64,000 nt of DNA from Escherichia phage KK4. Position numbers and translations under genes: made by a program. Shown here piece after piece: positions 1-8,876 of the stretch; within the stretch, counting starts at the first letter, position 1, and each line of letters starts with the position of its first letter. A model generated the notes under the pieces. It did not search any database. It worked only from the letters and a program-made list of their open reading frames with translations, and had not been told where the DNA came from. The stretch lies in sequence record OR327750.1. The stretch is one strand, 5' to 3'.

Positions 1-121
1 TATTAGCAAGTTCTGAAAAATCTTTAATAAAACACTCTAGCTTAAACTGTTTACTTTTTAATGCTTTTTCACGTAATTGATTAGCAAAAGATTCATTTTC
101 ATAAAGATCATACTGTTCCAT
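1..121 (-). CDS. Hypothetical protein, 5' part only (ATG at 121..119, runs off the window start); position corresponds to T4 24.2
   Basis: Open minus-strand frame from ATG at 119-121 to window edge; overlaps next ORF stop by 14 nt in another frame. Confidence 0.3.
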   Translation of the reverse strand, partial: MEQYDLYENESFANQLREKALKSKQFKLECFIKDFSELAN

Positions 122-323
122 TTTTCACCTTTTTATTGATATGTCTTTTTCTATAGACAACTTTTTCTCGAGTTTCAAATTTATTCTTAGCAGTCATAGC
201 TCGAGCCCATAATACAGCCACTTCTTTTGCCTGTAAGTTTAATTCACGAGCAATTTCAATGAATGACTTTCCAGACTCATGAAGAGTAAACACCACAACC
301 TCAGTTCTCATAATCAATCTCAT
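108..323 (-). CDS. Small helix-turn-helix protein (position of T4 24.3)
   Basis: 71-aa ORF with an HTH-like segment SFIEIARELNLQAKEVAVLW; sits immediately upstream of hoc region as in T4. Confidence 0.5.
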   Translation of the reverse strand: MRLIMRTEVVVFTLHESGKSFIEIARELNLQAKEVAVLWARAMTAKNKFETREKVVYRKRHINKKVKNGTV

Positions 324-380
324 GTTATCGAGTTGGTGCCATTATATACATCATTTTCTGATTGTGTTTTGCGTGCTTTC

Positions 381-408
381 AAAATGAAGAAAGGGGCCGA
401 AGCCCCTT
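381..408 (-). terminator. Intrinsic terminator downstream of hoc (GGGGC-UUCG-GCCCC hairpin followed by a U-rich tract on the minus strand)
   Basis: Plus-strand aaggggccgaagcccctt at 391-408 preceded by an A-run; 10 nt after the hoc stop. Confidence 0.55.
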
Positions 409-418
409 ATGATTATGA

Positions 419-1837
419 TTATGGATAGGTATAGATGATACCAGTTTCTAAAGCAGTTTTATGAATGATGTATCCATTACGTGATTCTTGGACATCAACT
501 TCTGGATAGTCTTTCATCATCTTCTGAAGAGTGTAACGATGCAGGTAGTATTTACTATCTGGATCTTCAGTTTTCCAATCTTTACCTTCTTCAGTCATTT
601 TTTGGATTTCATCCATAACCCACCAACCGCACCAGATGTAAGCTGAGCTACGGTGTGGAAGAGGATGAACATAAGGTAATTCACCTTCTGGTTCTGGAGC
701 AACTTTATCGGTTACCTGAACTTGACCTTCTGCCGTAATAGTTTTGCTATCATAATCAGCAGCAGTAACAGTTGCAGTAACTTCAATAGTTTGACTTCCA
801 ATAGATGAGGTATCAACGGTGTATACATTAGTTGACCCTTCTACAGGAGAAGAATCTTTCTTCCATGAATACGCAATTTGCGCTTCTTCTGGAGCATCAG
901 TGACATTAGCGGTAAATGTAGCCGAAGCATCTTGCTGGACGTTAATAGAAGGAGGAGTCAATGTAACCTGTGGATTCATTGTCTTCTTATTAACAGTTAA
1001 TGATACTTCATTCGAAGTAACTGTTTTTGCGTCATAATCCGCTGCTGTTACTTGGGCTACGCATTTAATTCTTTTTACTCCACTTGTAGTTGGAGTATAG
1101 TTAAATGTAGAGTTAGTTTCTCCACCAACTTGTGAATCATCTACATACCACTGATACGTAGCAGACGCTCCAACGGGTTGAGAAGCTAAGGCAGCAGTAA
1201 ATTGAACTGGGGTTCCAATTACTCCAGCTGAAGGACTATCGGGAGTTACTGCCAAAGTAGTTGTCTGTGTCTTTTTATTAACAGTCAGTGACACTTCATT
1301 AGAAGTAACGCTTAGTGCATCATAATCTGTCGCAGTTACTTGAGCCACACACTTAATTCTTTTTACCCCGCTTTCGACAGGAGTGTAATTGAATGTAGCA
1401 GAAGTTGCTTCGCCCACAGGAGAATCATCTACATACCATTGATAAGTAGCGTTTGCGCCTGATGGCTGCGAAGCTAAAGCGGCAGTAAATTCAATAGCTG
1501 TTCCGATTACTCCAGCGCCAGGGCTATTAGGAGTTACAGCTAAGGTGGTCGTTTGTGTCTTATTTTGAACTGTGATAGTTGTAGTAGCTTCTGCTGTTTC
1601 AGCATCAGTATCTGGGACTGGGTTTGTTGCAACTACTTTAATAGTCTTTTGACCGGCAGGTCCTTTTAGTACATAACTAAAAGTTGCTTCAGCTCCATCT
1701 TGTGGAACATCATCTACAGTCCAAGCATATGTAATAGGTCCATCTCCAGTTTGACCACTGGGTGTAGCAGTAAACTGCTGAGTCTGATCTATAACTCCAG
1801 TAGGTGTTTTAGGAGTTATATCAACTGTAAAAGCCAT
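419..1837 (-). CDS. hoc: Hoc, highly immunogenic outer capsid protein, 472 aa with one extra tandem Ig-like domain relative to the 376-aa T4 protein
   Basis: N- and C-termini match recalled T4 Hoc (…PYVHPLPHRSSAYIWCGWWVMDEIQKMTEEGKDWK…); internal 95/96-aa Ig-like unit present twice. Confidence 0.92.
   Translation of the reverse strand: MAFTVDITPKTPTGVIDQTQQFTATPSGQTGDGPITYAWTVDDVPQDGAEATFSYVLKGPAGQKTIKVVATNPVPDTDAETAEATTTITVQNKTQTTTLAVTPNSPGAGVIGTAIEFTAALASQPSGANATYQWYVDDSPVGEATSATFNYTPVESGVKRIKCVAQVTATDYDALSVTSNEVSLTVNKKTQTTTLAVTPDSPSAGVIGTPVQFTAALASQPVGASATYQWYVDDSQVGGETNSTFNYTPTTSGVKRIKCVAQVTAADYDAKTVTSNEVSLTVNKKTMNPQVTLTPPSINVQQDASATFTANVTDAPEEAQIAYSWKKDSSPVEGSTNVYTVDTSSIGSQTIEVTATVTAADYDSKTITAEGQVQVTDKVAPEPEGELPYVHPLPHRSSAYIWCGWWVMDEIQKMTEEGKDWKTEDPDSKYYLHRYTLQKMMKDYPEVDVQESRNGYIIHKTALETGIIYTYP
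992..1564 (-). repeat. Tandem duplication of a ~285-bp Ig-like domain coding unit inside hoc (residues 92-186 and 187-282)
   Basis: Two consecutive protein units NK(K)TQTTTLAVTP…SNEVSLTV; DNA copies diverged by many synonymous changes. Confidence 0.8.
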
Positions 1838-1846
1838 AAGTTATCC

Positions 1847-2527
1847 TTATTTTAATGTTACGAAAGAAGAATTGCGTGTTTCACGAATTAAAACTGATCC
1901 ATCACGATTAATGTAATAAATTAAGCTAAATAAAGTTTGGTGTGCTGACGCGTGCTCAAAACTTGTTGGGTGAGATTTCCAATCCGGAGTTTCAGCAATC
2001 CATTGATAAATCCACCAAGGAACAGTGCAGAATCCTGGATTTTTTCCAATCAACTGAAGATTCGGACTAAAATTTTCCGGAAGAGTAAATACAGACGGCC
2101 TTTCAGATTCAATAATTTCAGCTACAGCCTGTTCGAATTTTTCTTCAACAAAAGGAGTATCTTCAATCAAAACATCGGTATTTTCAGGAATTTTATCCGT
2201 TTCTACTACTTCAATTTTAATGTCAGATTTAACCGGAGAATCAATCAGAAGTGCTGCTTCTGGATTGACTTCTTCATCGTCATATTTTAATCCCTCTGCG
2301 GCATCAGCAGCATCAATTAGGTCTTTAATAGATAACCCATCAGTCTCTGGCATAGGTTCACTAGCGAGCTTCTGGAGGGCTTCTTCAATATCAACAACGA
2401 TATTATCAAAAGATTTATTCTTTTTGATCTTTATACCAAACTGTTCAGCATATTCAGCTAATTTAGCTTTAGCTTCTTTATTATCATCAAGAGCCTTCAG
2501 CTCTGCAATATAATCTTTATCTATCAT
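1847..2527 (-). CDS. inh: Inh, inhibitor of prohead protease gp21
   Basis: 226-aa ORF directly upstream of hoc in T4 order; acidic, matches Inh length. Confidence 0.8.
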   Translation of the reverse strand: MIDKDYIAELKALDDNKEAKAKLAEYAEQFGIKIKKNKSFDNIVVDIEEALQKLASEPMPETDGLSIKDLIDAADAAEGLKYDDEEVNPEAALLIDSPVKSDIKIEVVETDKIPENTDVLIEDTPFVEEKFEQAVAEIIESERPSVFTLPENFSPNLQLIGKNPGFCTVPWWIYQWIAETPDWKSHPTSFEHASAHQTLFSLIYYINRDGSVLIRETRNSSFVTLK

Positions 2528-2540
2528 AATATTTCCTCAG

Positions 2541-2548
2541 TATAAATA
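2541..2548 (+). promoter_or_regulatory. T4 late promoter (TATAAATA) for uvsW
   Basis: Exact TATAAATA 30 nt upstream of the uvsW ATG. Confidence 0.6.
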
Positions 2549-2577
2549 TAGATATATTTATTACATGGTATTTAGAC

Positions 2578-4089
2578 ATGACTGACATTAAAGTACATTT
2601 TTATGATTTTAGTCACGTGAGAATTGATTGTGAAGAAAGTACATTTCATGAACTCCGTGATTTCTTTAGCTTTGAAGCTGATGGGTATCGTTTTAATCCG
2701 AAATACAAATATGGTCACTGGGATGGACGAATCCGTCTTTTAGATTATAATCGTCTTCTTCCATTTGGCTTAGTCGGGCAAATTAAAAAGTTCTGTGATA
2801 ACTTTGGCTATAAAGCCTGGATTGACCCGCAAATTAACGAAAAAGAAGAATTATCAAGAAAAGATTTTGATGAATGGCTTTCTAAATTAGAAATCTATTC
2901 AGGAAATAAAAGAATTGAACCGCACTGGTATCAAAAAGATGCAGTGTTCGAAGGATTAGTTAATCGTCGTAGAATTCTTAATCTTCCAACATCTGCAGGT
3001 AAATCTTTAATTCAAGCTTTGCTTGCGCGATATTATTTGGAAAATTATGAAGGTAAAATTCTTATCATTGTTCCAACAACTGCTCTGACAACTCAGATGG
3101 CTGATGACTTCGTTGACTATCGTTTATTCAGTCATGCAATGATAAAGAAAATTGGCGGCGGAGCATCAAAAGATGATAAATATAAAAATGACGCACCAGT
3201 CGTTGTTGGTACATGGCAAACTGTAGTTAAACAACCGAAAGAATGGTTCTCACAGTTTGGAATGATGATGAATGATGAATGTCATCTTGCTACAGGAAAA
3301 AGTATTTCATCTATCATATCAGGTTTAAATAACTGCATGTTTAAATTTGGTTTGTCTGGTTCATTACGTGATGGCAAAGCTAATATCATGCAGTATGTTG
3401 GAATGTTTGGTGAAATATTTAAGCCAGTAACGACTTCTAAATTAATGGAAGATGGACAAGTAACTGAGCTAAAAATTAATAGTATTTTTCTTCGCTATCC
3501 AGATGAGTTCACTACTAAATTAAAGGGAAAAACTTATCAAGAAGAAATAAAAATTATTACTGGGCTCAGTAAAAGAAATAAATGGATCGCTAAATTAGCT
3601 ATTAAGCTTGCGCAAAAAGATGAAAACGCTTTTGTCATGTTTAAACATGTATCACATGGTAAAGCTATTTTCGATTTAATTAAAAACGAATACGATAAAG
3701 TTTATTACGTATCAGGGGAAGTTGATACCGAAACCCGCAATATAATGAAAACCTTAGCTGAAAATGGTAAAGGAATAATTATAGTAGCTAGTTATGGTGT
3801 ATTTTCTACTGGTATTTCAGTTAAAAATCTGCATCACGTTGTTTTAGCGCACGGTGTTAAATCAAAAATCATTGTATTACAAACAATCGGTCGTGTATTA
3901 CGTAAGCATGGTTCTAAGACAATAGCAACCGTCTGGGACCTCATAGATGATTGTGGTGTTAAGCCAAAATCTGCTAATACGAAAAAGAAATATGTTCATT
4001 TGAACTATCTTTTAAAACACGGCATTGATCGTATTCAGCGCTACGCAGATGAAAAATTTAATTACGTAATGAAAACAGTTAATTTATAA
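2578..4089 (+). CDS. uvsW: UvsW, RNA-DNA and DNA helicase (SF2)
   Basis: 503-aa ORF with Walker A (PTSAGKS) and DEAH-like box (MNDECH); length and position match T4 UvsW. Confidence 0.92.
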   Translation: MTDIKVHFYDFSHVRIDCEESTFHELRDFFSFEADGYRFNPKYKYGHWDGRIRLLDYNRLLPFGLVGQIKKFCDNFGYKAWIDPQINEKEELSRKDFDEWLSKLEIYSGNKRIEPHWYQKDAVFEGLVNRRRILNLPTSAGKSLIQALLARYYLENYEGKILIIVPTTALTTQMADDFVDYRLFSHAMIKKIGGGASKDDKYKNDAPVVVGTWQTVVKQPKEWFSQFGMMMNDECHLATGKSISSIISGLNNCMFKFGLSGSLRDGKANIMQYVGMFGEIFKPVTTSKLMEDGQVTELKINSIFLRYPDEFTTKLKGKTYQEEIKIITGLSKRNKWIAKLAIKLAQKDENAFVMFKHVSHGKAIFDLIKNEYDKVYYVSGEVDTETRNIMKTLAENGKGIIIVASYGVFSTGISVKNLHHVVLAHGVKSKIIVLQTIGRVLRKHGSKTIATVWDLIDDCGVKPKSANTKKKYVHLNYLLKHGIDRIQRYADEKFNYVMKTVNL

Positions 4090-4114
4090 GGGCTTCGGCC
4101 CTTTGGAGAAAAAG

Positions 4115-4345
4115 ATGTTACTAGAATTTAAACAATTTCTTTATGAAGCTTCTATTGATGAATTTATGGGTAAAATTGCCTCTTGTCAAACATTAGAAGG
4201 TTTAGAAGAACTTGAAGCTTATTATAAGAAAAGAGTTAAAGAAACTGAATTAAAAGATACTGATGACATCTCTGTGAGAGATGCTTTGGCAGGAAAAAGA
4301 GCTGAATTAGAAGATTCAGACGATGAAGTAGAAGAAAGCTTTTAA
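4115..4345 (+). CDS. uvsW.1: UvsW.1, small acidic accessory protein of UvsW
   Basis: 76 aa from internal Met (MLLEFKQFLYEA…) with GGAG ribosome-binding site; immediately follows uvsW. Confidence 0.75.
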   Translation: MLLEFKQFLYEASIDEFMGKIASCQTLEGLEELEAYYKKRVKETELKDTDDISVRDALAGKRAELEDSDDEVEESF

Positions 4346-4400
4346 ATTAAAAAAGGCCCAACCAAAAAGGAAGGGCCAAAACTATAGACTAAAGGTCACA

Positions 4401-4568
4401 CTATAGCAAAAGTTGTGTTTCATTTAATTGTTCTTCCGAACTTTCTGAAACTGGTAGTTCTTTAATGTAATTATAGCAAGGCCCAGGATGTACAGGACCT
4501 TTGTCTGTTTCAACAACCAATGCAGAATCGATTGGAGTTTTACAGACAACACAAATCTTATCTGACAT
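4401..4568 (-). CDS. Small Cys-rich protein, 55 aa (position of uvsY.-2); not in the supplied ORF track
   Basis: Hand-translated MSDKICVVCKTPIDSALVVETDKGPVHPGPCYNYIKEL…; CxxC…C pattern. Confidence 0.5.
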   Translation of the reverse strand: MSDKICVVCKTPIDSALVVETDKGPVHPGPCYNYIKELPVSESSEEQLNETQLLL

Positions 4569-4745
4569 GATTGTCTCCTCTGAATTATATATCTATTTAT
4601 AACCCCATCTTAAAACGCATTTCTTGTACACGCTTTAAACATGCTTCCATTTCTGCTAAAAGTCTAAATACTTCTTTATAATTTGTCATATTTACCCCAT
4701 ATCTCTCATATGCATATCAATGCCCATATCTTTAGAATAAAAATA

Positions 4746-4919
4746 TTAATCAAGATATCCGGCAAATTTTCCTTTAATATAAAGGACATCTTCACCACAC
4801 GGGTGGTCGGCCAGGATACGAATATCCTGACGCTTAAGATTATACTTTTTCATTAAGAATTGAATTTCCGTTTCAAATTCTTCTTCATAATTAAAAGCGT
4901 CATCAATGCTATATCTCAT
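4746..4919 (-). CDS. Small protein, 57 aa (position of uvsY.-1); not in the supplied ORF track
   Basis: ATG overlaps the uvsY stop by 1 nt (TAATG); hand-translated MRYSIDDAFNYEEEFETEIQFLMKKYNLKRQDIRILADHPCGEDVLYIKGKFAGYLD. Confidence 0.55.
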   Translation of the reverse strand: MRYSIDDAFNYEEEFETEIQFLMKKYNLKRQDIRILADHPCGEDVLYIKGKFAGYLD

Positions 4920-5332
4920 TATTTTCCAGCCTCAAATGCCCGCATGTCTTGAATATGCTTAATAGCAAATCCACGTGATTTAATAGCATCAAGAGCTCCG
5001 CTACAGAAATCTAATAAAATCCCCCAATATTGTAACGAGGTATCAACCTTTAAAACATCCTTATCAGCTGATAGAACTGTCTTCATTTCTGATTTCTCGT
5101 AACGATCCATACTAAATTCATCACCATCTCCTCGTCCCGAGTAGTAGTCTAATTTAGCTTTAAGAGCAACTTTTTTCTGTGCGTCAATTCTAAGCATTTC
5201 CTTTTTAATACTTGAATGCTTATTAAGCCATTTACTATATAACATCACATTATTAGCTGCTTCATACTGTAATTTAGTCGAATCTATAAACACATCTTTC
5301 TTCAATTCTTCCTGAAGATCTTCTAATCTCAT
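4919..5332 (-). CDS. uvsY: UvsY, recombination mediator protein
   Basis: 137-aa ORF, matches T4 UvsY length and position. Confidence 0.9.
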   Translation of the reverse strand: MRLEDLQEELKKDVFIDSTKLQYEAANNVMLYSKWLNKHSSIKKEMLRIDAQKKVALKAKLDYYSGRGDGDEFSMDRYEKSEMKTVLSADKDVLKVDTSLQYWGILLDFCSGALDAIKSRGFAIKHIQDMRAFEAGK

Positions 5333-5372
5333 ATTGTTCTCTATTCAATTGTTATTGGATGGACTTAGATTC

Positions 5373-5400
5373 ATTATACCACGTTTTAACGTGAAGCATT
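5373..5400 (-). promoter_or_regulatory. MotA-dependent middle promoter for uvsY (MotA box aaTGCTTca, ~13 nt spacer, TATAAT)
   Basis: Minus-strand AATGCTTCA at 5400-5392 and TATAAT at 5378-5373, just upstream of uvsY. Confidence 0.6.
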
Positions 5401-5797
5401 ATACCCTATTACTGGAAGCCAGTTGCAGTTTTATCTGTTCAATGTCATCGGGGTTATCAATGACCGAAAAGCGTATTTCTACTATCAGAGTATAATCGTC
5501 ATAAACGGGTATCACATTAACTGATAATTTATCAATACGTGGCTCATAGTTTCTTACTGCGCTTTCGATATTGCGCTCAACTGTGTCAGCAGTAAGAGGA
5601 GTCATATTTTCAAAAAGCTGGTCTGATAAATCACATCCAAATTCAGGGTCAAACGGTCTTGAACCTTTTCTGGTTGTAATAATTCCTAAAAGGCTATTTT
5701 TAATTGACCTTAATCCAAGCGATCTGGAAACGTCTTTGTTCCAATCCATTTTCATTTCCGGGTCAATGTCAGAATAAAGCTTATTAATATTTGCCAT
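5399..5797 (-). CDS. 25: gp25, baseplate wedge protein (lysozyme-fold)
   Basis: 132-aa ORF; sequence and length match T4 gp25. Confidence 0.92.
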   Translation of the reverse strand: MANINKLYSDIDPEMKMDWNKDVSRSLGLRSIKNSLLGIITTRKGSRPFDPEFGCDLSDQLFENMTPLTADTVERNIESAVRNYEPRIDKLSVNVIPVYDDYTLIVEIRFSVIDNPDDIEQIKLQLASSNRV

Positions 5798-6423
5798 TAT
5801 AGTAACTCAAAGAACTCTTTGAGGCCTCTTATTACGTGAGCATGGGTTTTTCCACACTCTGGACACTTAATTGGAACAGCCAAATAAACGGTAGGTTTTA
5901 AAAGCATATCTTTTATAGCTACAATATCTGACTCTGTGATGATAGAATATAAATCTTCCAGTTCTTTTTCATTTAAGTCTTCAACTGGAATGCTTTCCCC
6001 GTTAGCGTGAATCGTTTCTATACATGATACTATCATGTGGGCTATATTTTTATCATCAAAAATTTTAGGGTATCGGAATTTAATTTTAATGTCACCCAGT
6101 GTATACCAGAGGTCTTCTGGTGCATCTATTTGTGTATGTAATAGATTTATATGGGTTGGTATTTCAGTTCCACAGGTGCACTTCCAGGAGTTTTCGTGAT
6201 TAACTTCGCCGAGAGAATGTGCCCATAAATGAATCAACAATAGTTCTGATTCTTGGCGGTTTAAATCTTTTGCATTTGTGCAGTCTTTGATTAGCTTTTT
6301 AACAATTACTTCTACGGAACCATTATTTTTGGCAGTAATAAGTTCTAGATATTCTTTAAGCGTGAATGCGCGACAATTGATTATTTTAGAACCAACTCTC
6401 ACATCAAATTTGTATTCATACAT
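5797..6423 (-). CDS. 26: gp26, baseplate hub protein
   Basis: 208-aa ORF in the T4 25-26-51 arrangement. Confidence 0.88.
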   Translation of the reverse strand: MYEYKFDVRVGSKIINCRAFTLKEYLELITAKNNGSVEVIVKKLIKDCTNAKDLNRQESELLLIHLWAHSLGEVNHENSWKCTCGTEIPTHINLLHTQIDAPEDLWYTLGDIKIKFRYPKIFDDKNIAHMIVSCIETIHANGESIPVEDLNEKELEDLYSIITESDIVAIKDMLLKPTVYLAVPIKCPECGKTHAHVIRGLKEFFELL

Positions 6424-6444
6424 ATTTAGCTCCTTTATTTATCA

Positions 6445-6456
6445 TATTTATAAATA
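6445..6456. promoter_or_regulatory. Divergent overlapping late promoters (TATTTATAAATA) for gene 26 (minus) and gene 51 (plus)
   Basis: Plus TATAAATA at 6449-6456 and minus-strand TATAAATA at 6452-6445 between divergent late genes. Confidence 0.6.
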
Positions 6457-6473
6457 GAATAAAAGGAGCATCT

Positions 6474-7223
6474 ATGGCAAACATTATTCGTTGTAAATTA
6501 CCAGATGGTGTTCATCGTTTTAAACCATTTACGGTAGAAGATTATCGAGATTTTTTGTTAGTTCGAAACGATATAGAACATCGGTCACCACAAGAACAAA
6601 AAGAAATAATTACTGATTTAATTGATGATTATTTTGGAGACTATCCGAAGACTTGGCAACCATTTATATTTTTGCAGGTATTTGTAGGGTCAATAGGTAA
6701 AACTAAAGTACCAGTCACATTCGTATGTCCAAAATGTAAAAAAGAAAAGACAGTTCCATTTGAAATATATCAAAAAGAATTAAAGGAACCTGTTTTTGAT
6801 GTAGCTAATGTTAAAATTAAATTAAAGTTTCCTTCTGAGTTTTATGAAAATAAAGCAAAGATGATTACTGAAAATATTCATTCCGTCCAAGTAGATGAAA
6901 TTTGGTATGATTGGAAGGAAATTAGCGAGTCCAGTCAAATAGAACTTGTTGATGCCATTGAGATAGAAACATTAGAAAAAATTCTCGATGCAATGAATCC
7001 TATTAATTTAACTCTACATATGTCATGCTGTAATAAGTACATTAAAAAATACACTGATATAGTAGACGTGTTTAAGCTATTAGTTAACCCAGATGAGATA
7101 TTTACTTTTTATCAAATTAATCACACACTCGTAAAAAGTAATTATAGCTTAAATTCAATAATGAAAATGATTCCTGCCGAGCGCGGATTCGTATTAAAAC
7201 TGATTGAGAAGGATAAACAATAA
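6474..7223 (+). CDS. 51: gp51, baseplate hub assembly catalyst
   Basis: 249-aa ORF, T4 position and length. Confidence 0.88.
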   Translation: MANIIRCKLPDGVHRFKPFTVEDYRDFLLVRNDIEHRSPQEQKEIITDLIDDYFGDYPKTWQPFIFLQVFVGSIGKTKVPVTFVCPKCKKEKTVPFEIYQKELKEPVFDVANVKIKLKFPSEFYENKAKMITENIHSVQVDEIWYDWKEISESSQIELVDAIEIETLEKILDAMNPINLTLHMSCCNKYIKKYTDIVDVFKLLVNPDEIFTFYQINHTLVKSNYSLNSIMKMIPAERGFVLKLIEKDKQ

Positions 7224-8398
7224 TGAGTATGTTGCAACGCCCCGGATATCCAAATCTCAGCGTTAAATTATTTGATAGCTACGACGCTTGGAGTAATAAT
7301 AGATTTGTTGAATTAGCTGCTACTATTACCACATTAACTATGCGGGATTCTCTTTATGGCCGAAATGAAGGAATGCTGCAGTTTTATGATTCTAAAAACA
7401 TCCATACAAAAATGGATGGAAATGAAATAATTCAGATTTCTGTAGCTAATGCAAATGATATTAATAATGTTAAAACACGAATTTATGGATGTAAGCATTT
7501 TTCTGTGTCAGTAGATTCAAAAGGTGATAACATCATTGCTATTGAATTGGGAACTATTCATTCTATAGAAAATCTTAAATTTGGTCGACCATTTTTCCCT
7601 GATGCAGGTGAATCTATAAAAGAAATGCTTGGCGTCATTTATCAAGACCGCACATTATTAACTCCAGCAATAAATGCTATAAATGCTTATGTTCCTGATA
7701 TTCCATGGACTAGTACATTTGAAAATTATTTGTCATATGTAAGAGAAGTTGCTCTAGCTGTAGGAAGTGACAAATTTGTATTTGTATGGCAAGACATCAT
7801 GGGAGTTAACATGATGGACTATGATATGATGATAAATCAAGAACCATATCCTATGATTGTCGGTGAGCCATCTTTAATAGGTCAATTTGTCCAAGAATTA
7901 AAATATCCATTAGCATATGATTTTGTTTGGTTGACTAAATCGAATCCTCACAAACGTGACCCAATGAAAAATGCTACTATCTATGCTCATTCATTTTTAG
8001 ATTCTTCATTGCCAATGATTACTACAGGAAAGGGTGAAAACTCTATTGTGGTGTCAAGGTCAGGTGCTTATTCTGAAATGACTTATAGGAATGGATATGA
8101 AGAAGCTATTCGTCTTCAAACTATGGCACAATATGACGGCTATGCTAAATGTTCTACTGTCGGTAATTTTAACTTGACTCCTGGTGTTAAAATTATTTTT
8201 AATGATAGTAAAAACCAATTTAAAACAGAATTTTACGTTGATGAAGTTATCCATGAATTATCAAATAATAATTCAGTAACTCATCTTTATATGTTCACTA
8301 ATGCAACGAAACTGGAAACAATAGACCCAGTTAAGGTTAAAAATGAATTTAAATCTGATACTACCACTGAAGAAAGTAGTTCTTCCAATAAGCAATAA
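7223..8398 (+). CDS. 27: gp27, baseplate hub protein
   Basis: 391-aa ORF, T4 position and length. Confidence 0.9.
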   Translation: MSMLQRPGYPNLSVKLFDSYDAWSNNRFVELAATITTLTMRDSLYGRNEGMLQFYDSKNIHTKMDGNEIIQISVANANDINNVKTRIYGCKHFSVSVDSKGDNIIAIELGTIHSIENLKFGRPFFPDAGESIKEMLGVIYQDRTLLTPAINAINAYVPDIPWTSTFENYLSYVREVALAVGSDKFVFVWQDIMGVNMMDYDMMINQEPYPMIVGEPSLIGQFVQELKYPLAYDFVWLTKSNPHKRDPMKNATIYAHSFLDSSLPMITTGKGENSIVVSRSGAYSEMTYRNGYEEAIRLQTMAQYDGYAKCSTVGNFNLTPGVKIIFNDSKNQFKTEFYVDEVIHELSNNNSVTHLYMFTNATKLETIDPVKVKNEFKSDTTTEESSSSNKQ

Positions 8399-8876
8399 AG
8401 AAGTTTCTATTCCTAAAATGGGTCTTAAACATTATAACATTTTAAAGGATGTTAAAGGTCCTGATGAAAATTTAAAACTTCTTATTGATTCTATTTGTCC
8501 GAATTTATCACCGGCAGAAGTTGATTTCGTTTCTATTCATTTATTGGAATTTAATGGAAAGATTAAATCTCGTAAAGAAATAGATGGTTATACTTATGAC
8601 ATTAATGATGTTTATGTGTGCCAAAGATTAGAATTTCAATACCAAGGAAATACATTTTATTTTAGACCTCCTGGAAAATTTGAACAATTTTTAACGGTGA
8701 GCGATATGTTGTCTAAATGCTTGCTTAGGGTCAACGATGAAGTTAAAGAAATTAATTTTCTTGAGATGCCAGCATTCGTTTTAAAATGGGCAAATGATAT
8801 TTTTACAACTTTAGCAATTCCTGGCCCTAATGGTCCAATAACTGGAATTGGCAATATTATTGGATTATTTGAATGA
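8343..8876 (+). CDS. 28: gp28, baseplate hub distal subunit
   Basis: 177-aa ORF overlapping the gp27 3' end as in T4. Confidence 0.85.
   Translation: MNLNLILPLKKVVLPISNKEVSIPKMGLKHYNILKDVKGPDENLKLLIDSICPNLSPAEVDFVSIHLLEFNGKIKSRKEIDGYTYDINDVYVCQRLEFQYQGNTFYFRPPGKFEQFLTVSDMLSKCLLRVNDEVKEINFLEMPAFVLKWANDIFTTLAIPGPNGPITGIGNIIGLFE

Noticed and set aside
819-1037. 72-aa plus-strand ORF inside hoc
   Set aside because: Lies wholly antisense within the well-supported hoc coding region, with no ribosome-binding site or promoter; treated as a chance open frame.
1952-2513. Two plus-strand ORFs (112 and 97 aa) inside inh
   Set aside because: Antisense to inh; low-complexity translations (Phe/Asn/Arg-rich or Ser/Ala-rich) typical of reverse-frame artefacts.
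4597-4689. 30-aa minus-strand ORF between the uvsY.-1 and uvsY.-2 positions
   Set aside because: Overlaps a minus-strand TATAAATA late-promoter-like element at 4601-4594 and has no convincing ribosome-binding site; more likely promoter and leader sequence than a gene.
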